From an uncultured virus (IMG/VR IMGVR_UViG_3300037847_002883) (lineage: Duplodnaviria; Heunggongvirae; Uroviricota; Caudoviricetes): a DNA stretch of 64,000 nucleotides. Positions 39,269-46,764 of the stretch are shown in pieces. Position numbers and translations under genes: made by a program. The stretch's first letter is position 1; each line of letters begins with the position of its first letter. The notes under the pieces are model-generated. The model was not told where the DNA came from, did not search any database, and saw only the letters and a list, made by a program, of their open reading frames with translations. Location: IMG/VR virus record IMGVR_UViG_3300037847_002883; one strand, written 5' to 3'.

Positions 39269-39383
39269 GATACTTCTTAAATTAGTAATATATTAGGGTT
39301 TTATTCAAAGTATCAAACCATATGGTTAGGCTTTGCATTAACCCCATATAGGGGCTTCACAGGGGAAAAAGCCGTGAAGAGTA

Positions 39384-39899
39384 TCATTCCTCCTCGGAAA
39401 CCTCCATATCTGCTTTCACAGGGGTTGGAACGATTTGTGGCACACCGTCTTTGACGGCGAGGCCATCCCAACGGTTTTCCTTGATTGCCTTAACCATGTA
39501 GGTATGAGCCTTACCACGGAAAGAATCAACCAATTCGCTGAAGGAGCCATAAACCCCGCCAGTTCGTCCGTGTGGCACGATAACCGACAGAATCAAGTCG
39601 TGATACTCAGTAGGGATTGTGGCAATAGCACCTGCCACGGTTTCCTCCACAGTCGCCAAAACAAGTTCCTGTTCGTCCGAAAGCGTGGATTCTCGCCCTC
39701 GTCGTGCCGCAGGAAAACCCTCCATAGTGGAGCCAATTGAACGAATAGCCGTCCAATAGGTGCTTCGTAGTTCATCAGTTCCCGCATTATCGCCCAAAGT
39801 GAGCGAAAGGAGAACAGCGTTCAAATTGTCGCTTGGTTCCTGTGTTTCGGCCCAAGCCCGCACTTTGTTTGTGTTCAATGTCCAATTCTTCATCTTCAT
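39384..39899 (-). CDS. Cassette gene, paralog family A copy 1
   Basis: MKMKNW...DELRSTYWTAIRSIGS...FPAARRGRES...PHGRTGG...RWDG; GAGGTGA SD. Confidence 0.8.
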   Translation of the reverse strand: MKMKNWTLNTNKVRAWAETQEPSDNLNAVLLSLTLGDNAGTDELRSTYWTAIRSIGSTMEGFPAARRGRESTLSDEQELVLATVEETVAGAIATIPTEYHDLILSVIVPHGRTGGVYGSFSELVDSFRGKAHTYMVKAIKENRWDGLAVKDGVPQIVPTPVKADMEVSEEE

Positions 39900-40064
39900 T
39901 TTTTTCACCTCTTTCCTAAAAAAGATACTCCGCGTCGTTTTTCCCCTGTGGAGCAATAACCCACGCAGGTTGGCGTATAAGGTTGTTTCTACGCAAAGCG
40001 ATAAACAACCATATGGTATTGCTTTGTTTATACCCTAAACAATACACCAACAAAAGAATAGGGC

Positions 40065-40313
40065 ATGAACAACCACCAAGCAACCGCGATTATGAATCTT
40101 ATTGCAGAAACCTTTCCAAGCCTTATCCCGTGGCTTGAAGGACAATACATGAAAGCCGTTTTTAAGGATATGACGCTCTATGCCGATGAACCACACGCTA
40201 TGATTGGATTAGCGGAATTTGCCGCCAGCATTGAGGCTTTTGCTGATGCTATCGCTGAAGCCTCACTTGAAGAGATGTTTCACCTTATGGCTGATATGAT
40301 GGGAGGTGCTTGA
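40065..40313 (+). CDS. Cassette gene, hypothetical (82 aa)
   Basis: Between sites 5 and 6. Confidence 0.6.
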   Translation: MNNHQATAIMNLIAETFPSLIPWLEGQYMKAVFKDMTLYADEPHAMIGLAEFAASIEAFADAIAEASLEEMFHLMADMMGGA

Positions 40314-40315
40314 GT

Positions 40316-40480
40316 ATGAGAATTTCACATTGTCCGACCTGCGGCACAGAATTGGCTAAGGATGATTTCATGTCCTTCGCTTTCATCTTAGGAGGCAACA
40401 TTTGCCGCCATTGTCTTGAGGACGACCCTTCGGGGTCAAAAGAACAAAGCATGACCATATGGTTGTGCTTTGCCAGTTGA
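40316..40480 (+). CDS. Small Zn-finger protein (54 aa) reading through palindromic site 6
   Basis: Own translation MRISHCPTCG...CRHC...; GGAGGTG SD. Confidence 0.5.
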   Translation: MRISHCPTCGTELAKDDFMSFAFILGGNICRHCLEDDPSGSKEQSMTIWLCFAS

Positions 40481-40526
40481 AAACGAAACCCCGCCGCTAA
40501 GCGGGGCTGCGAGGGGAAAACCCGCA

Positions 40527-41033
40527 TCATTCCTCTTCTTGACCTCCTTCAGCCGATTTCACGGCAGGTGGGGTCAATGCTGGGATTTCACCGTTCATGG
40601 TTCCATCCCAACGACCTTCTTTGTAGCCCTTAACGAGAGCGTCATAGGCCTTTTTGCCCATTGACTGAGCAAATGCCATAACATCGTCAAATGCGCCACC
40701 AGTTCGCCCATGAGGGAGAATAACGGTGGTGATGAGGTCAGGGTTAGTAATGCCCGCAAAGGCAGTAATAACCGCATTCTTCACAGAAGTAGCATTTAGG
40801 TCTACTTCTTCGGGCAAAGACGATTCTCGGCCTCGGCGGGCGGCTGGGAAATCATCATAAGGACTCCCAATTGAGCGAATAGCCGTCCAGTAAGTAGACC
40901 GCAATTCATCGCTATCCGTTGCATTTCCAAGTGTAATAGACAAAGAAATGGCTTGACCCACTTCTCCCCTATCTTCACGCTCAAGCCACGCTTGAACGGC
41001 ATTTGTGTTCTTAATCCAGTTATCTTGCTTCAT
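40527..41033 (-). CDS. Cassette gene, paralog family A copy 2
   Basis: Shares DELRSTYWTAIRSIGS, FPAARRGRES, PHGRTGG, RWDG with 39384 gene; GGAGG SD. Confidence 0.8.
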   Translation of the reverse strand: MKQDNWIKNTNAVQAWLEREDRGEVGQAISLSITLGNATDSDELRSTYWTAIRSIGSPYDDFPAARRGRESSLPEEVDLNATSVKNAVITAFAGITNPDLITTVILPHGRTGGAFDDVMAFAQSMGKKAYDALVKGYKEGRWDGTMNGEIPALTPPAVKSAEGGQEEE

Positions 41034-41202
41034 AATCAATTCCTCCAAAAAGGTTTGATGCGTCCGTTTTCCCCTCGGAGCAACCAACGGCGACCATAGG
41101 CGACTATGGTTGCTTTTTCATTAAACACTCGCAAAGCGAAAAGCAACCATATGGTAGGACTTTGGAAGTAGCCAAGCATAACCACCAATCAAGAGGATAA
41201 CC

Positions 41203-41496
41203 ATGCAAAGCGTGTTCGTCGTCCAAACCAATGAAATGCCTCTCTCCCGAAATCCCGATTGGAAAACTCAACTCCAATTCGGAATCTTCCGCCGTCGTGA
41301 AGATGCCGAGAAAACCATGTTCAATGTCATGGCTCGCAAAATGCGAGACGGAATTGATGAGATTCGTGAAATGACCTCCACCAAGCGAGGCAAGGGCAAA
41401 GCCGCCTACAATGCCAAAGTCTACGAAATCACCGAGGAAATCCCACGCTCAATTCGTGTTCACGAAATCCGTGTTTTGCCTGTCAGGGGTTTCTGA
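41203..41496 (+). CDS. Cassette gene, hypothetical (97 aa)
   Basis: GAGG SD; between sites 7 and 8. Confidence 0.65.
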   Translation: MQSVFVVQTNEMPLSRNPDWKTQLQFGIFRRREDAEKTMFNVMARKMRDGIDEIREMTSTKRGKGKAAYNAKVYEITEEIPRSIRVHEIRVLPVRGF

Positions 41497-41504
41497 CCTT
41501 GACG

Positions 41505-41523
41505 GGGGCTTCGGCCCCCTTTT
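41505..41523 (+). terminator. Hairpin-T terminator
   Basis: GGGGC-TTCG-GCCCC followed by CTTTT. Confidence 0.6.
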
Positions 41524-41643
41524 AGCTAAAACAAAGTATTACCATATGGTATTGTTTCTTTGTTATAAATACCCTCCAAAATTCAAATCTTGAGGTTTAG
41601 GATTTAAATCAATAAGTTAGGAGCATACCCACTTAGGAAGAAC

Positions 41644-41778
41644 ATGAAAGAAGCATACGAAGAAGTCAAGTGGTGGTATGAATTCGCTATGGGCCTAATG
41701 GAAGTCTGTCAAAAGAATTACCTCCATGCGGAGGTGCAAGAGGTGTTAAGTCGCCTTTGCGGGAGTGAGGAAGAATGA
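41644..41778 (+). CDS. Cassette gene, tiny hypothetical (44 aa)
   Basis: Own translation MKEAYEEVKWWYEF...GSEEE. Confidence 0.4.
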   Translation: MKEAYEEVKWWYEFAMGLMEVCQKNYLHAEVQEVLSRLCGSEEE

Positions 41779-41869
41779 AAAGATGACCGATAACCCCTTC
41801 AAATACCCATTATATGGGAGCGTTGGGGTGAATAACAAAGCATTACCATATGGTTGTTGTTATGCTTTG

Positions 41870-42378
41870 CACTAATCAAATAACCATAAGTGAAACGCCG
41901 CCTACTCCATGCATATGAGACTCACTCCGATACTTTGTTTCTTCGTCAAGAATTGGCGCGCCAATAAATGATTACTTGTTGCTTTCTCGCCTTACTGCTC
42001 TGTGTTTCGGCTTTGTTTCACTATGGTTTTATGGCCACTAATAGCCATAGGAATGTGAAAGGGTGGGATGAAGAATTGGGTATCTCCAAGACTGGAGCGA
42101 TTGGGTCGCTCTCACTAATTGGTGCTCCTTTGGTTTCTTAAGAGCCAGTCTGCTGATTTTACGAACATGGTTAGTAGCCATGCGCCTTTTGAGCCTTAAT
42201 CGCTTTCACAGGGAACAAATAATCTATGCTACTCAGCCGTCATATCTGCTATGTGTCCCACTACAGGAAAAATCACACCTTACCCCCACCAACAAGGGTA
42301 TTCGGTCAATCCCCTCCGAGGGGAGCGACCCCCCGAAGCAATAGAACCGAGCGATTATCGCTTATGGTTCTCCATGTG
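41870..42378 (+). ncRNA. Candidate about 500-nt structured non-coding RNA cassette
   Basis: No credible ORF; closing stem AACCATAAGTGA/TCGCTTATGGTT and many internal hairpins; G-U pairs favour + strand. Confidence 0.4.
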
Positions 42379-42448
42379 CAAAGCAATATAGAACCATATG
42401 GTTTTACTTTGGTAAAACCCCTCAGCAATTGCTTCACAGGGGGGATAA

Positions 42449-42811
42449 TCACCATTCATCCCTTGGGTTGAAATAAGTGTGCCTTCCCCTATCATCGGAG
42501 ACAAAAGAGCCGCCCCAACCCATTTCATATGAGCGAGTTCGCATTTCGGCGTTGTCCTCGTCAATTCGGTCTTGAATATCCTTGTCGGTATAATGGAACG
42601 GTTTGTGCTCTGCTGCGTATTCCTTCCAAATTGGGAGAATCTCGTCCAAGTCGTCCTTTTCCATCATTTCGGAAGAAACATCGGCCTTCTCCCAAAAGGT
42701 TTCATAGATGGTATCTTCGCAGAAGAAATACCTAACTCCTTCCATGTCCCTCACCCATCGGTTTTCATCGTCTGTTTTCTCAGTCAGCCATTTGTAAAAA
42801 GATTTTGCCAT
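42449..42811 (-). CDS. Cassette gene, acidic hypothetical (120 aa)
   Basis: GGAGGT SD; between sites 10 and 11. Confidence 0.65.
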   Translation of the reverse strand: MAKSFYKWLTEKTDDENRWVRDMEGVRYFFCEDTIYETFWEKADVSSEMMEKDDLDEILPIWKEYAAEHKPFHYTDKDIQDRIDEDNAEMRTRSYEMGWGGSFVSDDRGRHTYFNPRDEW

Positions 42812-43009
42812 TTTTCAACCTCCAGCGAAAAATTGACGGTAGCGGGCGATTAAGGTATTATTTATTCAAAGTAAATAATACCATATGGTTTGAATAAATC
42901 AAAGAGCGCAGAATGTTCTTATTTAGCCATATTCAAACACGCTGAAACGGGGAGGATTTTCAGCCCCCAAAAATCCGTCAAATTTGACAGGGTGTTTCTC
43001 AACTGTGGT

Positions 43010-43365
43010 TATATTAATTCGTATTCATATTCTAATATTCAATATTAGTATTATAGTAAAATAAATCGGTTGTCTCATGGTTGGGAGGGGATGAGACGAG
43101 ACAACACACGGAAGAATCATCAAGGTTATGCAACATAAGTAAAAATATATTTCTATTATCTCATTATCTCATCATCTCATCATCATCATCACTACTACTA
43201 CACACAACCCCTTATTTTCTTAGGGGTATGGAGAGAGAAAGATTCCCCTTTTGTGATGAGACGAGACGAGACAACTATTTTTTGCGTGTTTCCACAAGGT
43301 TCTAGGGGGTTGTGTTGCATAACCCCATCGTCTCAAGATGAGACAACAGGCGAGACAGTCTCATG
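43010..43365. repeat. AT-rich tract plus GAGAC/ATGAGACAAC iterated repeats; candidate replication origin or packaging site
   Basis: Repeats at 43070 (inverted), 43091, 43255, 43337, 43351; (ATC)n/(CTA)n run; at strand switch. Confidence 0.45.
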
Positions 43366-43550
43366 CACATGGCAATCAAAGTTATTTCAATGGGCAAACT
43401 ATTGTTGAAAATAAAATCTATTTGATTCAACAAACGGATTAATTTATCATTTAAGTTAAAATGTAAAAGTGAAAAAGGGCCGTAGAAACTAGGGGTGCTT
43501 GTGAAAAAGTTAGTGATTCCCTCAAGGGAGGTGCATTCGGAGGCATTTCT

Positions 43551-43566
43551 GGACTCCTTTATATAC
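43551..43566 (+). promoter_or_regulatory. TATA promoter GGACTCCTTTATATAC
   Basis: Identical 16-mer at 52208. Confidence 0.7.
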
Positions 43567-43615
43567 CGAAAGGCAACTGTTGAAAATACCCCGCAAAGGG
43601 GAAGGAGAGATATAC

Positions 43616-44089
43616 ATGGATGATACCACATGGGAAAGCCTCAAAATTGAGGTGAACGAATACCTTGAAGCCGACACCACGCTTGATGCAGGATTGCGTC
43701 AAGTCGTTGAATTGAACCTGCAAATCGGGACGAACAACCCCGATGAGCGAACTGCCGCCGAAGGTGCGCTTAAAGCACTTTTGAAGGGCCGTGATGGAAC
43801 CCCGTTCCGCCGAGGCCAAAAGAGCGCAGTTCCAGCCGCAGTTCGTGTTTCAATTGACCGAATCTGTGGAGTTGTTGAAGAAGCCGCTATTGGCTACTAC
43901 AACCACGATGCAGTTATTGGTGCAATTACCATGAAGCACATCAAATCTGGTGGCGGTGCTTACGATGGCGCAGAAGATTACGCTTCTGCCGTTGTGAAGA
44001 GAACCCGAAACAACCTTGGCAAGATGTTCAAGGACGGTTCTTGGGATGGTAGCGTTGATTCCCTTTTAGGCGAATCAAGCGACCTTTGA
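43616..44089 (+). CDS. Paralog family A copy 3 (divergent)
   Basis: W..L...V..YLE, RRGQKS, H...GGGAYD, FKDGSWDG align with 39384/40527 genes. Confidence 0.7.
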   Translation: MDDTTWESLKIEVNEYLEADTTLDAGLRQVVELNLQIGTNNPDERTAAEGALKALLKGRDGTPFRRGQKSAVPAAVRVSIDRICGVVEEAAIGYYNHDAVIGAITMKHIKSGGGAYDGAEDYASAVVKRTRNNLGKMFKDGSWDGSVDSLLGESSDL

Positions 44090-44136
44090 AGTTAATTCTT
44101 CAAACCCGCACAATTCCAGTTCTCTGAACTGAACAA

Positions 44137-44176
44137 CGGGGAATAGGGAGCCAAGGCTCCTTATTCTCCCTTTTTT
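44137..44176 (+). terminator. Hairpin-T terminator
   Basis: GGGGAATAGGGAGCC/GGCTCCTTATTCTCC then T6. Confidence 0.6.
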
Positions 44177-44249
44177 CCACAAGGGGAAAGAGAGGGGCTG
44201 AGAGGGGCTTTCGGGCCTCACCTCTCTTTCCCCGCCTTTGGGTGGTTAA

Positions 44250-44507
44250 ATGCGATTAGTAGAAGAAGTCTTTGTTAAGGCTAAAGAGGATTTAATTTGT
44301 CAATCCTGCGGTGTTGATATACCGAAGGATAGCAACCATCTTCTTGAGTCTTATGTTCATCATGGCGTTATTTCAACTAGTCATTACTGTTTAAACCCAA
44401 AGTGCAATCCACCAAATAATGTTCGTTTGAAGTTATTTTGGGGAACAATAGCCATAGGCGTTTCTCTGTGGCTAATTTACTTTTTCTATCAAAACGCAGG
44501 GTTTTAA
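44250..44507 (+). CDS. Zn-finger protein with C-terminal TM helix
   Basis: CQSC...HYC...C; hydrophobic tail. Confidence 0.55.
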   Translation: MRLVEEVFVKAKEDLICQSCGVDIPKDSNHLLESYVHHGVISTSHYCLNPKCNPPNNVRLKLFWGTIAIGVSLWLIYFFYQNAGF

Positions 44508-44648
44508 GTCTATTCGCTTAGGCGACCCGTGGCGGCGTGGCATATACGCCCTCGGCAGGTGGGGGTATGCTTGAACAGTCGCCAAGCGACTTCATTTCAC
44601 TTTTACAATTTGAAATGGTGTGGCTTTTCTTCTGTTTGAGTAATTCAC

Positions 44649-44733
44649 GCTGAGATGGCTGAGTTTGGTTAAAAGCGCAGGGCTTAAACTCCTGTCCGTA
44701 TATGGTTCGCAGGTTCAAATCCTGCTCTCAGCA
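44649..44733 (+). tRNA. tRNA-Leu(UAA)
   Basis: Acceptor GCTGAGA/TCTCAGC, anticodon loop CT-TAA-AC, long variable arm, GGTTCAAATCC T-arm. Confidence 0.88.
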
Positions 44734-44742
44734 TCTTTTCAC

Positions 44743-44817
44743 GGAACGGTAGCACAGTCTGGTTAGTGCGCCAGTCTCATAAACTGGTGGTCGCAAGTTC
44801 AAATCTTGCCCGTTCCA
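44743..44817 (+). tRNA. tRNA with CAU anticodon (elongator Met or Ile2)
   Basis: Acceptor GGAACGG/CCGTTCC, CCAGT-CTCATAA-ACTGG, GTTCAAATC. Confidence 0.88.
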
Positions 44818-44918
44818 TTTTACATGGGGAAGGTTGAACAGGGGGCTAAAGAGTAATGACCGAGCAATCGGTTTTGTTCCCTTCCCCGCCTATTCCACAT
44901 TTTTAAGAGGTAATAAAA

Positions 44919-46346
44919 ATGAAACATACAAATGAACAAATCGCAATCTTTGATTGCATAGAAAACACAGAAGACCACCTAATTATTAATGCAGGTGCAG
45001 GAACAGGGAAAACGACAACGATTGTTGAAGCAGCAAATCGTATCAATGGACAGAAAGCCGCATTCTTGGCTTTCAATAAGTCTATTGCTACTGAATTAGC
45101 AGAAAGACTTCCAACCGATGTGGAAGCGAAAACCTTCCACGCTTTCGGATTCGCTGCGATTCGTGCGGCTGGTGTTAAAACAAAGGTGAACAATTTTAAG
45201 GTCAATAACATTATTAAAGACCTTCATGGTGCTGATTTCTATGTCGCTCCACTAAAGAAACTTGTTTCTCTCGTTAAGGGAAGTATGGTTGATGGAACCG
45301 ACAAAAAGGCAATTAACCAACTGATTGATGAATACAATATCAACTTCAATTCTGACCGTGAAGAACGAATTGCAGTAGAATCAATACCTGCAATTCTCAC
45401 GATGTGCCGAACACAGACTCATATCATTGATTTTGATGACATGATTTGGATGCCCATTGTTAATGGCTATCCTTTCCCAAAATATGATGTTTTGTTTGTT
45501 GATGAAGCACAGGATTTTAACGAAGTGCAACGAGAAATGATTTCTTTGTGCGTCAATGGTGGCCGTTGTATTATTGTCGGTGATAAAAACCAAGCAATTT
45601 ACGGTTTCCGTGGTGCTGATTCAAACTCAATTGCCATGTTCCGACAACGACTTCTCAAGGGTGAGAGAAAAATCAGCGAATTTCCTCTCTCAATTACTTG
45701 GCGTTGTCCTAAATCGGTTGTTCGTGAGGCCAACCGATATGTGCGTGAGTTTAATGCTCCTGATTTTGCCGAAGAAGGCACAGTTATTGTAGATGCTCCG
45801 TTCAATCCACAACGAAATGATATGGTTCTTTGCCGATACAATGCTCCTTTGGTGTCTGCTTTCTATGATTTGATTTCACAGGGCAAATCGGCTTATGTTC
45901 TTGGTCGTGATATGACGAAGGGTTTAATTACCGCCGTTCAAAAGATTTCTAAGAACAACCACATGGGCGTTGAAGAGTTCACGCAGTTATTCCAAAAAGA
46001 CTTTGCTTACAACTATCAACGACTTCTTGACCAAAACAAAGAGAATCAAGCGATGGCTCTTGAAGATAAGCGTGATTGTATTATGATTTTCGTCAAGAAA
46101 GCAACGACTGTTGGTGGAATCATTGAAGAGATTAAGCGTGTCTTTGATGGAAATGATGAAGGTGAAATCATGCTTTCAACTGTTCACAAGGCTAAAGGTC
46201 TTGAAGCAGACAATGTTTATATTCTCGCAACTGAGCGAATGCCTCATCCATACGGTAGTTTGGAAGAGAACAACATTTGCTATGTAGCGATTACACGGGC
46301 CAAAAAGAATTTGTTCTATTGTGGCCCAAAACCAGGAAAAATTTGA
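44919..46346 (+). CDS. Superfamily 1 UvrD/Rep-like helicase
   Basis: AGAGTGKTT, VDEAQD, GDKNQAIYGFRG, STVHKAKGLE, YVAITRAK. Confidence 0.92.
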   Translation: MKHTNEQIAIFDCIENTEDHLIINAGAGTGKTTTIVEAANRINGQKAAFLAFNKSIATELAERLPTDVEAKTFHAFGFAAIRAAGVKTKVNNFKVNNIIKDLHGADFYVAPLKKLVSLVKGSMVDGTDKKAINQLIDEYNINFNSDREERIAVESIPAILTMCRTQTHIIDFDDMIWMPIVNGYPFPKYDVLFVDEAQDFNEVQREMISLCVNGGRCIIVGDKNQAIYGFRGADSNSIAMFRQRLLKGERKISEFPLSITWRCPKSVVREANRYVREFNAPDFAEEGTVIVDAPFNPQRNDMVLCRYNAPLVSAFYDLISQGKSAYVLGRDMTKGLITAVQKISKNNHMGVEEFTQLFQKDFAYNYQRLLDQNKENQAMALEDKRDCIMIFVKKATTVGGIIEEIKRVFDGNDEGEIMLSTVHKAKGLEADNVYILATERMPHPYGSLEENNICYVAITRAKKNLFYCGPKPGKI

Positions 46347-46355
46347 GGTGAAAAA

Positions 46356-46571
46356 ATGAAATATGCAGAATTTATGAAAATTACAGATAAGTGGTCGGAC
46401 AACGACATAGTTTGTTTCTTGATGGAATATCCATTGTGGAACGAAATGGTTATGCGTTTTATTATGCATAAGTGGCGTGATGATTGCCCCATTGAATATG
46501 AAGAGATTGAATGGTATGCTAATGATAACAATATCATGGAATACACGGATTTGCCAGAGGTGGAAGAATGA
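46356..46571 (+). CDS. Hypothetical protein
   Basis: GAGGTGA SD. Confidence 0.55.
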   Translation: MKYAEFMKITDKWSDNDIVCFLMEYPLWNEMVMRFIMHKWRDDCPIEYEEIEWYANDNNIMEYTDLPEVEE

Positions 46572-46762
46572 TTACACGAATGCATTGTCGCCATGTTGAT
46601 TATGAATTGACCGCAGAAGATTTGGAATTGAACGAAATTTACAACATCATCCATCAACACTTTGTTTGTTTGGATTGTGGTGCAATTGGTGAACGAACAT
46701 ACCGTATTCCTAATAAAATCACTTGGAACGGTAATCAAGACACCTTGCCTTTGGAGGAATAA
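46568..46762 (+). CDS. Small Zn-binding protein
   Basis: CRH...CLDCG. Confidence 0.55.
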   Translation: MITRMHCRHVDYELTAEDLELNEIYNIIHQHFVCLDCGAIGERTYRIPNKITWNGNQDTLPLEE

Positions 46763-46764
46763 AT

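Larger units (their letters stand above)
38306..42899. repeat. Array of 11 dispersed palindromic sites CAAAG-N4-9-ACCATATGGT-N4-10-CTTTG
   Basis: Cores at 38311 (degenerate), 38506, 38937, 39317, 40008, 40454, 41146, 41541, 41845, 42393, 42880. Confidence 0.92.

Noticed and set aside
39358..41078. Bulge-helix-bulge splice motif in the 5'/3' stems
   Set aside because: Internal loops do not form two 3-nt bulges around a 4-bp helix
42226..42564. ORFs 42226..42471 (+) and 42355..42564 (-)
   Set aside because: Cross site 10 and overlap the better-supported 42449 gene; no RBS; hairpin-derived composition
38306..42899. CRISPR array interpretation of the repeated palindromes
   Set aside because: Intervals are 195-692 bp, irregular and gene-containing; repeats vary in length; no cas genes
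38306..42899. Classical integron attC sites / known IS elements
   Set aside because: No RYYYAAC...GTTRRRY ends, and no integrase or transposase recognisable in the window
43081..43631. ORFs 43081..43305 and 43302..43631
   Set aside because: Derived from repeat/low-complexity DNA with non-ATG starts
44743..44817. Initiator tRNA-Met call
   Set aside because: Lacks A1-U72 and the three consecutive G-C anticodon-stem pairs; Met vs Ile2 cannot be resolved by eye
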